Shown: piece after piece, positions 24,228 through 33,026 of the stretch
Layout: each line of letters starts with the position of its first letter
Numbering within the stretch: position 1 is the first letter of the stretch
Assembly (NCBI GenBank): GCA_016187125.1
Contig: JACPKF010000001.1
Span: 38,931 to 102,930, forward strand
DNA length: 64,000 nucleotides
From: Candidatus Saccharimonadota bacterium
GTDB lineage: Bacteria; Patescibacteriota; Saccharimonadia; Saccharimonadales; UBA10212
Reading direction: 5' to 3'
Translations under genes and position numbers: made by a program
Notes under the pieces: model-generated
Databases searched by the model: none
The model's input: only the letters and a program-made list of their open reading frames with translations
What the model was told of the DNA's origin: nothing

Positions 24228-24371
24228 CAATTTGTTTGCAAATCGGCAAATATTCCGCTTCTAATCGGGGTCACGCTAATAGTTAGGTTGTTAGTCGTTG
24301 CACGCATTCTAATCCCCTTCTATGGATTTACTGCGGATCCGCTAAATTTATTAGCGAACACACTGCTTAAA

Positions 24372-24593
24372 TCAATTTTCGCGGTAAGTTATCCGACCCT
24401 TCGTCAGATCGTAAGGTGTCAATTCTACCTTAACGCGGTCTCCTGGCACGAGGCGAATATAGTGCTTACGCATCCTGCCGGCTATGTGAGCCATAATTAT
24501 ATGGCCGTTTTCGAGTTCAACTCGGAACTGGGTACCGGGTAGAGCCTCTACGACTGTACCAGCCAGTTCAATTACCTCTTTTTCACGGGCCAT
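24372..24593 (-). CDS. infA: translation initiation factor IF-1
   Basis: [71 protein letters not shown]. Confidence 0.93.
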   Translation of the reverse strand: MAREKEVIELAGTVVEALPGTQFRVELENGHIIMAHIAGRMRKHYIRLVPGDRVKVELTPYDLTKGRITYREN

Positions 24594-24650
24594 AAATACA
24601 ACCCGAACATTTTAACAAAAACTTCATCTGTTGTAAAGAGGCTTTCAGAA

Positions 24651-26177
24651 TTACTTTTTAGGCCGTTTTAATTTGGGTAAAAAACGCAGGCGCCTGGCGC
24701 CAGTCGCCGCCAACCCTCCCTCGGCCGGTTCGTAGAAGTAATCGGGCTGTTCATATTGATCATAAGTAATCATTAAGGCTCTTGACTCGACCTGGCGCAG
24801 TGTTTCTAGTGACACCGAGACTAAAATTAAGATGCTAGTGCCACCGATCCCGAGGGCAATGTTTGGATCAATCCATCTTGAAGCAATAATTGGCATTACG
24901 GCCAAAAAACCGAGGGCTGTAGCGCCAAACAGTGTTAGTCTGTTCACAGTTTTGCGAAGATAATGCTCGGTTTGCTTGCCAGATCTGATGCCGGATAAAA
25001 AGCCGCCTTGCTTTTGCAAGTTTTCGGCAATTTCTTTGGAGTTAAAGGTTACACTAGTGTAAAAATAAGTAAATATAAATACTAAGAAAAAATAGGTCAA
25101 TGGATAAATCCATGGTTGCCAGCCCCCAACCGCAAAAGTTGCTGCAGTTGGGTTTTGGAACAATTGACTTAAGAGTACCCCAAATCTTTCCCAGCTTGTA
25201 TCAGCAGCAAGTGCTGTCCCTTGGCCTTGGGTTAGAAGTTGACCGGCAAAACCTGGAACAGCCAAAAAAGCCACAGCAAAGATAATTGGAATTACGCCGG
25301 CTGTAATAAGCTTAACCGGTAAAGTCGTAGTTACTCCGCCATAAGTTCTGTTGCCCTGCACTCTTTTGGCATAATTAACGGTTAGCCTGCGCGATGCCTC
25401 GTTGAGTTTTACGACTGCCCATATCACAAACAGCGTAGCTGCACTAATAATACTAACGAGGATCAGGCCGTGGCGGCTAAAATTATGATTTAGGATGGTT
25501 AGTTTATCACCGCTGTTCGTCGCTATCCAAGTGGTGCTACGAGCCAGCTGGGTGATAATGCTAGGCAAACTACTAACAATCCCGACCGTAATCAGAAGCG
25601 ATATGCCATTGCCAAGGGATCGCTCGGTGATTAATTCTCCAAGCCACATCAGTATCATAGAGCCACCGGTGAGAGCAGCGATCATCAGGGTCCATTGACC
25701 AATTGAAGTATTGGCAGTTATATCGCCCAGGCCGCCAAGACTGGAAGCCGTTTGACGAATCAAGTAGATCAAACCTACGGATTGAACGATAGCTAAAGGA
25801 AAAGTTAGCATGCGGGTAAATTGGTTGATTTTCTTACGTCCAAACTCGCCTTCCTTATTCATAGCTTCTAATTTCGGGATGGCTTTGGTAAGCAACTGCA
25901 TGATGATGCTGGCATTAATATAAGGCCCCAGTCCTACAAGCATGACTGAAAAATTACCGAGGGCTCCTCCTGATAGGACGTTCAAAAAGCCTAACAACTG
26001 ATTATTACTGGTCTGGGTAAAAAGATTTTCAAGGACTTGCTTTAAGGTACTCGGATCACTTAAAGGCACCGGAACATGAGCCAAAATTCGGAACACCAGC
26101 AGCATTCCAAGAACAGCCAAAATACGCTTTCGCATCTCACTGTGGCCAAGAGATTTAAGAATTATTCCCCAATTCAC
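24651..26177 (-). CDS. secY: preprotein translocase subunit SecY (long form, 508 aa)
   Basis: Multi-pass membrane protein in the canonical position after rplO. GTG start with GGAGGG upstream. Contains YINASIIMQLL and GGTSILILVSVSLETLRQVE. Confidence 0.9.
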   Translation of the reverse strand: MNWGIILKSLGHSEMRKRILAVLGMLLVFRILAHVPVPLSDPSTLKQVLENLFTQTSNNQLLGFLNVLSGGALGNFSVMLVGLGPYINASIIMQLLTKAIPKLEAMNKEGEFGRKKINQFTRMLTFPLAIVQSVGLIYLIRQTASSLGGLGDITANTSIGQWTLMIAALTGGSMILMWLGELITERSLGNGISLLITVGIVSSLPSIITQLARSTTWIATNSGDKLTILNHNFSRHGLILVSIISAATLFVIWAVVKLNEASRRLTVNYAKRVQGNRTYGGVTTTLPVKLITAGVIPIIFAVAFLAVPGFAGQLLTQGQGTALAADTSWERFGVLLSQLFQNPTAATFAVGGWQPWIYPLTYFFLVFIFTYFYTSVTFNSKEIAENLQKQGGFLSGIRSGKQTEHYLRKTVNRLTLFGATALGFLAVMPIIASRWIDPNIALGIGGTSILILVSVSLETLRQVESRALMITYDQYEQPDYFYEPAEGGLAATGARRLRFLPKLKRPKK

Positions 26178-26249
26178 AGAACGCCCTCCGGTCGTTCTAG
26201 CATAAAGTAAAAAGTAAAATGTAAAAAGCGATCAACCCGAAGTACTTCC
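26178..26249 (-). repeat. rplO-secY spacer, family D-like (AAAGTAAAAAGTAAAATGTAAAAAG / CTTATTGCTTATTACTTTTTGC)
   Basis: The two arms are partly complementary. Confidence 0.55.
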
Positions 26250-26729
26250 TTATTGCTTATTACTTTTTGCATCTTGCTTCTTTTGGCGTCCGACTTGATC
26301 TACACTTGTAAAACTGCCACCGGCTTTGGTTACCAGTTCTACTGCTGATTTGCTAGCTAATTGTAGTTTCACATCTTTTTTTGAGCTTAGCTCACCATTA
26401 ACAATAAGTTTGACTTTTACAAAAGGCGTTGAAGTTAAGCCGGCTTCAAAAATAGCCTGATTATCAATTACAGCTTTCTTGATAGTTCCCAACTGCCCGG
26501 TATAAACAACTTCAACAGCGGGGGCATGGCTCTTGAAGCCTCTAAGTTTTGGCAACCGCATATATAGTGGCATTTGTCCGCCTTCAAAGCCCGGTCTGAC
26601 GCCGCCGCTTTTGCGTGCACCCTGGCCTTTGGTTCCCCGTCCGGCCGTCTTGCCGCGACCAGCGGCTATACCTCGGCCAGGGCGCCGAGGTATAGCCTGT
26701 CTTGGTACTTCCAGATTGTTATATTTCAT
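26250..26729 (-). CDS. rplO: 50S ribosomal protein L15
   Basis: GRGIAAGRGKTAGRGTKGQGARKSGGVRPGFEGGQMPLYMRLPKLRGF. Confidence 0.9.
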   Translation of the reverse strand: MKYNNLEVPRQAIPRRPGRGIAAGRGKTAGRGTKGQGARKSGGVRPGFEGGQMPLYMRLPKLRGFKSHAPAVEVVYTGQLGTIKKAVIDNQAIFEAGLTSTPFVKVKLIVNGELSSKKDVKLQLASKSAVELVTKAGGSFTSVDQVGRQKKQDAKSNKQ

Positions 26730-26821
26730 AGACTACCTCTCTTCGAGTCTGAGCCTGAGGCTCATCCCTCAGAGTCGAACGACGAGTAGTAGTCTCTAGT
26801 CCAAAGTCTCCAGTTGACAAG

Positions 26822-27409
26822 CTATTCATTATTTTTTCCCTTCGGGGTGTGGTCCTTAATTTTTCTCTTGACTGATAACTGATGACTGTCGACTGTCGAC
26901 TGCGAAGCACTTTGCTTGACCCTAGTTACCCACTTGTCAGCTGAAACCATAGACTGTAGAGCTGCTAGCGTGGCGTAAGCAGTATTGATGCGATTAGATG
27001 AGCCGAATGATTTTGACAGGGCATTTTCGAAGCCACTGACTTCAAGTATTGTCCTGACAATACCGCCAGCGATAAGACCTGTTCCCGGAGCTGCAGGTAA
27101 GATTAAGATGTGCGCCCCACCGACTTTTGCCTCCACTTCGTGAGCTAAGGTGCCTTTATAAATAGGTAGCTTTGTAAGATGTTTTTTAGCTACACCAGTA
27201 GCTTTTGTAACGGCGGCTGAAACGTCCGCGCCCTTACTAACTCCTACGCCTACTTGCCCTTTATGGTCGCCAACCAGAACAAGTGCCTGGAACCTGAACC
27301 GACGACCACCTTTAACCACTCTGGCAACGCGATTAACATAAATAACTCGCTCATCAAAGGTTCTTTCTTCGGTCAATCCTATAGCTTTGTTGGAGGTATA
27401 AGCTGACAT
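26822..27409 (-). CDS. rpsE: 30S ribosomal protein S5 with about 30-aa C-terminal extension
   Basis: [42 protein letters not shown]. Confidence 0.9.
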   Translation of the reverse strand: MSAYTSNKAIGLTEERTFDERVIYVNRVARVVKGGRRFRFQALVLVGDHKGQVGVGVSKGADVSAAVTKATGVAKKHLTKLPIYKGTLAHEVEAKVGGAHILILPAAPGTGLIAGGIVRTILEVSGFENALSKSFGSSNRINTAYATLAALQSMVSADKWVTRVKQSASQSTVDSHQLSVKRKIKDHTPKGKNNE

Positions 27410-27509
27410 CAGACATTCCTCCCAGTTGCGAGAACTAGTGAATAGTAACTAGGAATTAGTTTTTTCACCGCTTTCTGATGGCCATTTACTAATTGCTTAA
27501 GGAATAGCA
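27410..27509 (-). repeat. rplR-rpsE spacer, family C
   Basis: GAGAACTAGTGAATAGTAACTAGGAATTAG...CCATTTACTAATTGCTTAAGG. Confidence 0.6.
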
Positions 27510-27863
27510 TTAGAACTCTAATCCTTCTGTCCGCGCCGACTCAGCCAAGGCTTTAACACGGCCGTGGTATTTTTTACCGCCTCGGTCAAAGACAACTTTG
27601 TTGATCTTGGCTTTGGCCGCTTTTTTGGCTATTTGAATACCTATCCACGTAGCTTTTTCAGTCATAGTTCCTTGAATTTTTGATCCGGCGGTAGTGGCGT
27701 AAGCAAGAGTAAATCCCTGGTTATCATCTATTATTTGGGCAGTAATATGTAAATTACTTACTCGGACCGCCAGACGAGGTCTATCGGCTGTACCCGACAC
27801 TTTAGCTTTAACTCTATAAGCTCGACGCGCCTGATTGTGGCGTTTACCGGTTAACCTTTCCAT
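27510..27863 (-). CDS. rplR: 50S ribosomal protein L18
   Basis: RPRLAVRVSNLHITAQIIDDNQGFTLAYATT...VVFDRGGKKYHGRVKALAESARTEGLEF. Confidence 0.9.
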   Translation of the reverse strand: MERLTGKRHNQARRAYRVKAKVSGTADRPRLAVRVSNLHITAQIIDDNQGFTLAYATTAGSKIQGTMTEKATWIGIQIAKKAAKAKINKVVFDRGGKKYHGRVKALAESARTEGLEF

Positions 27864-28405
27864 TAGGTTGTCTCCTTGCCGCTTTTACCGCTTTTACGGA
27901 TAATTCTCTCATCCACGTACTTAATGCCCTTGCCTTTATAAGGCTCTGGTTTTTTTAAGGCTCTGATCTCAGCCGCTACCTGCCCAACTTGCTGTTTAGA
28001 GGCGCCACTGACACTGATAATATTTTGTTCCACAGATACCTGAATACCTTCAGGCACTTTGTAGGTAACATCGTGGGAAAAACCAAGGTTAAATTTAAGA
28101 TCGCTGCCAGTCTGCTGGACTCTGTAGCCAACCCCATTAATTTCCAACTTCTTGGTAAAGCCCTTGCTGACTCCCTCTATCATATTACTGATGAGAGAAC
28201 GCATAAGACCGTGCTTAGACTTTACGGATTTTTCTTCACTATTTCGCTCAACTACAACCCGGCCGTCTTCAATTGACACCGTGATTTCCGGCATTTGAAA
28301 TTGCTGGAGGTTACCCTTAAGCCCTTGAACAGATATGAAGTCTTTATCAACAGTTAGATTGACTCCACTAGGTATGTTGATTGGTAATTTTCCAATACGA
28401 CTCAT
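27863..28405 (-). CDS. rplF: 50S ribosomal protein L6
   Basis: MSRIGKLPINIPSGVNLTVDKDFISVQGLKGNL. Preceded by CGACTGCAAGGAG. Confidence 0.9.
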   Translation of the reverse strand: MSRIGKLPINIPSGVNLTVDKDFISVQGLKGNLQQFQMPEITVSIEDGRVVVERNSEEKSVKSKHGLMRSLISNMIEGVSKGFTKKLEINGVGYRVQQTGSDLKFNLGFSHDVTYKVPEGIQVSVEQNIISVSGASKQQVGQVAAEIRALKKPEPYKGKGIKYVDERIIRKSGKSGKETT

Positions 28406-28525
28406 AAAAAGCTCCTTGCAGTCGCTTTAGCTAACAGCTGATAGTCCTTGGCTGATAGCCTGAATGAAGCGGCTAAGAGCTGAGAGCTAAGAGCTAATGG
28501 CTCATGATGAATGTAATGATTCATT
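28406..28525 (-). repeat. rpsH-rplF spacer, family B
   Basis: In mRNA sense it reads ATGAATCATTACATTCATCATGAGCCATTAGCTCTTAGCTCTCAGCTCTTAGCCGCTTCATTCAGGC...GTTAGCTAAAGCGACTGCAAGGAG. Confidence 0.75.
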
Positions 28526-28921
28526 TTAGTAGACCTCGCAAATTAGTTCACCGCCAAGGTTTTTGGACTTGGCTTCCTGTCCGGTCATTAAACCCTTAGA
28601 GGTGGATATTATTATAATTCCACGCCCCCGCTTTACATAAGGTATTTTCTTGCTGTTTATGTAGGTCCGTCTCCCAGGACGACTTAAACGGCCTATTTCG
28701 GCGATAGATGAGGGGTAGTTAGAATCATTGATCGATATCACCAAATATTTACGGTTTTTTTCGGTAGTAGTCGTTATTTGCTGCAAAAAGCCGTTACTCT
28801 TTAAAATCTCCGCTACTCTCTCTTTTAAAATTGAGTGTGGCAAACGAATCTCGTCTTTGTTAACCATCATGGCGTTACGGATACGGCTCAACATATCGGC
28901 TATCGGATCAGTAGAAACCAT
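28526..28921 (-). CDS. rpsH: 30S ribosomal protein S8
   Basis: TDPIADMLSRIRNAMMVNKDEIRLPHSILKERVAEILKSNGF. Preceded by CGACTGAAAGGAG. Confidence 0.9.
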   Translation of the reverse strand: MVSTDPIADMLSRIRNAMMVNKDEIRLPHSILKERVAEILKSNGFLQQITTTTEKNRKYLVISINDSNYPSSIAEIGRLSRPGRRTYINSKKIPYVKRGRGIIIISTSKGLMTGQEAKSKNLGGELICEVY

Positions 28922-29044
28922 CAGACGCTCCTTTCAGTCGCTCCAGCTGTGAGCTGATGGCTGTTAGTAAAGAGCCGGATTGAAGCGGCTAAGGACTCTA
29001 AGCTAAGGACTCTAAGCTGATGATGAATGTAATGAATCATATTC
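28922..29044 (-). repeat. rpsN-rpsH spacer, family B
   Basis: In mRNA sense it reads ATGATTCATTACATTCATCATCAGCTTAGAGTCCTTAGCTTAGAGTCCTTAGCCGCTTCAATCCGGC...GGAGCGACTGAAAGGAG. Confidence 0.75.
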
Positions 29045-29314
29045 TTACCAACTCGCCTTAGTTACACCGGGGATTTCACCCTTGGAGGCATGTTCGCGAA
29101 AAGAAATGCGCGATAGGCCGAATTGCCTCATATAACCGCGAGGACGACCGGTTTCCGCACAACGGTTCTTGCGCCGACTCGGGCTGCTGTTTCGCGGTAG
29201 AAGAGCCAGACCTTCGCCGTCGCCGGCAGCCTTAAGCTCGGCCCGTTTAACAGCGTATTTATCAATCATTTTATGACGTTTAAGATCACGAGCAATCATC
29301 GATTTTTTAGCCAT
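29045..29314 (-). CDS. rpsN: 30S ribosomal protein S14 (89-aa long form)
   Basis: [29 protein letters not shown]...[34 protein letters not shown]. Confidence 0.88.
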   Translation of the reverse strand: MAKKSMIARDLKRHKMIDKYAVKRAELKAAGDGEGLALLPRNSSPSRRKNRCAETGRPRGYMRQFGLSRISFREHASKGEIPGVTKASW

Positions 29315-29499
29315 CTAAACGCCTCCTTTCGTCGGTTCAGTTAACAGTTTCCTATTACCGATTACCTGTGAGTTATCTATTACCGGTGGCCAACTGTTAA
29401 ATGACAGATGTGAATTTAATAGTAAACCCGAAAAGGCCCCGTTGGGACCCTCGGGTCCCTTTACGGGATGGTAAATGGTAAATGGTAAATTGAGCAATT

Positions 29500-30093
29500 T
29501 CATTGCGACTTCTCCTTTTCGAATGGCATTCCCATTTTTTCAAGTAGGGCTTTGGAATGCTCTGGACTGATTGATTTAATTACAAACACAACTTGCAGGC
29601 CGTGAGGCGTGGCAGTGTCTTCAAAACTTAGTTCTGGAAAAACAGATTGATCCGTCAGTCCAAGACTATAGTTACCTTGCTTGTCAAATGACTTAAGACT
29701 GACACCGTGAAAATCACGCAACCTGGCCAAAACTAAATTTATCAAACGGTCTGCAAACTCATACATTGGCTGCCCGTTCAAGGTTACTTTAAGTCCAATC
29801 TTACTGCCTTCGCGCAGTTTAAAACTAGCAATCGATTGCTTAGCAGTAGTAGCTATCGGTTTTTGACCGGTGATTTTACTCAGAGTGTTGGCAGCCACAT
29901 CCAGTAACTTTTTCTCATCTTTAGCTTTACCAAGTCCGACATTGACAATAATTTTCTCTAGACGGGGCGCTTGATGTATGTTCTTAAGCTTCAACTCGGC
30001 TGTAAGCTGAGGCGCGTAATCGTTAATATACAAAGTCTTAAGTCGAGCCTGATAGCCAGAAGATTTAGTCGACGCGGATTTAATACCAGTCAT
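29500..30093 (-). CDS. rplE: 50S ribosomal protein L5
   Basis: RLKTLYINDYAPQLTAELKLKNIHQAPRLEKIIVNVGLG. Start re-called to the ATG at 30093, with GGAGG upstream. Confidence 0.9.
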   Translation of the reverse strand: MTGIKSASTKSSGYQARLKTLYINDYAPQLTAELKLKNIHQAPRLEKIIVNVGLGKAKDEKKLLDVAANTLSKITGQKPIATTAKQSIASFKLREGSKIGLKVTLNGQPMYEFADRLINLVLARLRDFHGVSLKSFDKQGNYSLGLTDQSVFPELSFEDTATPHGLQVVFVIKSISPEHSKALLEKMGMPFEKEKSQ

Positions 30094-30217
30094 TAGGGCA
30101 GCCTCCGACTTATAAAACAAACTACATGGTTTTTCCTATCGGATTTTTTGGGGTAAGTCCAAACTCCGCAGACAGCGGGATCGGTCCATGGTTTTTTCCT
30201 TAATTCCAAATATATCA
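30094..30217 (-). repeat. rplX-rplE spacer, family F (homologous to 34845-34937)
   Basis: GGTTTTTCCTATCGGATTTTTTGGGGTAAGTCCAAACTCCGCAGACAGCGGGATCGGTCCATGGTTTTTTCCTTAATTCCAA. Confidence 0.7.
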
Positions 30218-30604
30218 TTATTTAAGTTCCTTACCACTAGACTTCAAGATACGTCGTTTCGAGCCGTCGTTAAAAGATTTAAAACCGATTCTTGAAGGTT
30301 TTTTTGAACCAGAATCAAGTAGACCAACTTTGCTTACCCAGATCGGCTTGGTGATTTCAATAATTCCGCCTTGAGGTGATAGGCGAGCCGGTTTTTTGTG
30401 GCGTTTGACGATGTTAATACCTTCCACGGTAACTTTATTCAGAGCCGGATGAATTTGAAGTATTTTTCCGGTATGGGCTTTATACTTTCCGCTTCTAATC
30501 ATTACTTCGTCGCCTTTTTTCAACCGAATCTTATACACCTTTTTGGTTATCGCTTTTTGCCTGTCCACCGTAGCCTTGGCGAAGGCGGACTTTTTGCTTG
30601 TCAT
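30218..30604 (-). CDS. rplX: 50S ribosomal protein L24 (N- and C-terminally extended as called)
   Basis: [30 protein letters not shown] core. The ATG overlaps the rplN stop (ATGA). The first 25 codons contain the 32-nt repeat element, so the true start is uncertain (alternative GTG near 30529). Confidence 0.85.
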   Translation of the reverse strand: MTSKKSAFAKATVDRQKAITKKVYKIRLKKGDEVMIRSGKYKAHTGKILQIHPALNKVTVEGINIVKRHKKPARLSPQGGIIEITKPIWVSKVGLLDSGSKKPSRIGFKSFNDGSKRRILKSSGKELK

Positions 30605-30972
30605 AGTACCTCCGGAGCCAGGGAAATTATACGCCCGTAGCCTTTTTCACGTAACTCTCTTGGAACCGGTCCAAAAACACGTGTTCCTTGAGGCGTCTTG
30701 TTATCTTCGGCTAAGACGACTGCCGCGTTATCATCAAACCTGATAGACGAGCCGTCTTTACGAACTATCGGACTGCGAGTTCTGACTATAACTGCTTTGA
30801 TGATAGATTTACGTTTGACTACGCCAGCCGGATTAGCCGTTTTGACGCTGGCTACAATAATATCGCCAACCCGAGCATAACGACGGCGGCTGCCACCTAG
30901 GACACGGATACACAGCAGTTGACGGGCGCCGCTGTTGTCTGTCGCTAGTAACCTGGTCTCCTGCTGAATCAT
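30601..30972 (-). CDS. rplN: 50S ribosomal protein L14
   Basis: [44 protein letters not shown]. Confidence 0.93.
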   Translation of the reverse strand: MIQQETRLLATDNSGARQLLCIRVLGGSRRRYARVGDIIVASVKTANPAGVVKRKSIIKAVIVRTRSPIVRKDGSSIRFDDNAAVVLAEDNKTPQGTRVFGPVPRELREKGYGRIISLAPEVL

Positions 30973-31162
30973 AGGGAAGCTCCTTGTCCTCGCGGCCTTC
31001 GACTGCCGCTCAGGCCGCCCTGAACATGTTGTCCTTCGACTATCCTCTCCTCGAGTCTGAGCGACCTCGGAGTCGAAGACAGGACGACCCTGAGCATCTG
31101 TCGAAAGGGTCGAATGGGCGCAGAATGGAGAATGGAGACTGGAGAATGGAAGGCTATCAACT

Positions 31163-31540
31163 TCATTTCTTTTTGTCCTTATCTTTGCTCTGTGTAATTT
31201 TTGCAGTTTCGAGTTTCTGATTACTTCGTAGTTCTTTTATCGCACCTTCAGGTGCTTCTTGTGGAACGTCGGCAATTGCATCCTGTTCTTCGAAACCGCC
31301 ACGAGCAGACTCCAAAATTCTGTCCAAAGTAAATCGCTTGCGGGCCGAAATCGGACGACTTTCTTTGATAATCACTAAGTCGCCAATTTTGGCCAGGTTT
31401 TTCTCGTCATGGGCCATGAATTTAGTATTAATAGTGTACTGTTTCTTATACAAAGGGTGTGTTTTACGGGTAGCTACTGTAATAACTATAGTTTTATCAG
31501 GTTTATCACTAGAAACTCTGCCAGTTAATAGCCTACTCAT
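31163..31540 (-). CDS. rpsQ: 30S ribosomal protein S17 with about 40-aa C-terminal extension
   Basis: [35 protein letters not shown]. Start re-called to 31540. Confidence 0.88.
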   Translation of the reverse strand: MSRLLTGRVSSDKPDKTIVITVATRKTHPLYKKQYTINTKFMAHDEKNLAKIGDLVIIKESRPISARKRFTLDRILESARGGFEEQDAIADVPQEAPEGAIKELRSNQKLETAKITQSKDKDKKK

Positions 31541-31673
31541 TACTGATCTCTCTTGCCAATCATAGCAACTAGCAAATAGCAACTAGGAAATAATACTTTC
31601 CCTAATTGCTTATTACCTGCCCGCCATAGCCTCGGCGAAGGAGGGCTAATTGTTAATTGCCTGAACCGCAGCA
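31541..31673 (-). repeat. rpmC-rpsQ spacer, family C, plus a diverged copy of the 32-nt element (31616-31645)
   Basis: CATAGCAACTAGCAAATAGCAACTAGGAAATAA...CTAATTGCTTATTACCTGCCCGCCATAGCCTCGGCGAAGGAGGGC. Confidence 0.6.
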
Positions 31674-31874
31674 TCATAGGCCCTCCTTGGCTAACTGTTC
31701 GCCTAGAACCGTTAAGACACGGGCTAAATCTTTACGCTTAGTTCGGATAATTCTAACATTCTGAGTCTCGCCACTATATAATCGGCGACGCAGCTCAATG
31801 ATTTCCTCACGCAGCTGTGAACTTTGAGTTGCCAGTTGAGCAGTAGGTAATTTACGGATATCAGCAATTTTCAT
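31674..31874 (-). CDS. rpmC: 50S ribosomal protein L29
   Basis: 66 aa reading MKIADIRKLPTAQLATQSSQLREEIIELRRRL. Lies between rplP and rpsQ. Confidence 0.85.
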   Translation of the reverse strand: MKIADIRKLPTAQLATQSSQLREEIIELRRRLYSGETQNVRIIRTKRKDLARVLTVLGEQLAKEGL

Positions 31875-31885
31875 AATCAGCTTCT

Positions 31886-32302
31886 TTATTGCTCGTCCTT
31901 CATGATAAAACCGCTGTTAAGCGGCAATTTATGACCTGCCAAACGTATAGCTTCACGAGCTATATCTTCACTTACACCATCCATTTCAAATATAACTGTG
32001 CCTGGCTTAACTTTAGCGACAAAAAATTCTGGGTTACCTTTACCGCTGCCCATTTTGGTGCCGAGCGGCTTGAGGCTTACAGGAATATGCGGGAAAACTC
32101 GAATCCATATTTGGCCACCACGTTTGATATACCGAGTCATAGCTTGGCGAGCTGCTTCTATTTGGCGACTGCTGATACGTTGGCTGTCCTTGGAGATAAG
32201 ACCATAATGGCCATAAGCCAATTCGGTCATAGAAGTAGCACTGCCGCCGTGAATGCGGCCTTTACGAACTTTACGGTACTTTGTGCGTGATGGCATTAAC
32301 AT
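31886..32302 (-). CDS. rplP: 50S ribosomal protein L16
   Basis: MLMPSRTKYRKVRKGRIHGG... Confidence 0.93.
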   Translation of the reverse strand: MLMPSRTKYRKVRKGRIHGGSATSMTELAYGHYGLISKDSQRISSRQIEAARQAMTRYIKRGGQIWIRVFPHIPVSLKPLGTKMGSGKGNPEFFVAKVKPGTVIFEMDGVSEDIAREAIRLAGHKLPLNSGFIMKDEQ

Positions 32303-32393
32303 GCTCTACCTCCGGTAAAGCCATTAACCATTAGCCATTTACTATTTACCATTGTGAACGGTGAACGGTGAACGGTGAATGGGAATGACGGAG
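32303..32393 (-). repeat. rpsC-rplP spacer, family A (three CACCGTT repeats pairing with AATGGTA-type repeats)
   Basis: In mRNA sense, CATTCACCGTTCACCGTTCACCGTTCAC-A-ATGGTAAATAGTAAATGGCTAATGGTTAATGG. ACCGTT/AATGGT pairs include a G.U wobble only on the transcribed strand. Confidence 0.7.
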
Positions 32394-33026
32394 TCATGTC
32401 GTTTCGCCTCGGTAAATCCAAACTTTAACTCCTATAACTCCGGCTCCGGGGTATGTGGCTGTGGCACTGGCAAAATCAATATCGGCTCTTAAGGTATGGA
32501 GTGGCACACTACCCTGAACTTCTTTTTCGCGCCGACTCATTTCATTACCGCCCAAACGACCGGCAATCTCAATTCTAACTCCTTTGGCTCCAGCGCGAAT
32601 AGTCGAAGATGCTGCCATTTTTATGGCTCTACGGAAAGCAATCCGTTTTTGCAGCTGGTGAGCTATGTTTTCTGCTACCAATTTAGCTTGCAGCTCAGGC
32701 CGTTTGATTTCCTCGATATTGACACGGACAGGCACACCATAAAGCTTCTCAACTTCATTCTTAAGCTCACTAGCACCAGTACCACCACGACCGATAACAA
32801 CACCGGCCTTAGCGGTCTGAATAGTAACTGTCACCAGATTAGGTGAACGCTCAATATCAACTTTGCTGACAGCCGCACGGTTACCAAGCTTAGCGATAAT
32901 TAGGCGGCGAGCAGCTAAATCTTGCATCAAATAGGTAGCGTAATCTTTTTTGTTAACAAACCATTTACTGCGCCAATCCTTATTAACTTGAAGTCGCATA
33001 CTTATTGGGTTGACTTTTTGACCCAT
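32394..33026 (-). CDS. rpsC: 30S ribosomal protein S3
   Basis: MGQKVNPISMRLQVNKDWRSKWF. Preceded by GCGACTGGAAGGAGCGACTG-ATG. Confidence 0.93.
   Translation of the reverse strand: MGQKVNPISMRLQVNKDWRSKWFVNKKDYATYLMQDLAARRLIIAKLGNRAAVSKVDIERSPNLVTVTIQTAKAGVVIGRGGTGASELKNEVEKLYGVPVRVNIEEIKRPELQAKLVAENIAHQLQKRIAFRRAIKMAASSTIRAGAKGVRIEIAGRLGGNEMSRREKEVQGSVPLHTLRADIDFASATATYPGAGVIGVKVWIYRGETT

Noticed and set aside
29315-29503. 62-aa ORF in the rplE-rpsN spacer, and similar ORFs at 30969-31166, 30984-31220, 24107-24307 and 26719-26910
   Set aside because: They lie wholly in repeat- or hairpin-rich spacers, have no SD, and their products are low-complexity translations of the repeats.
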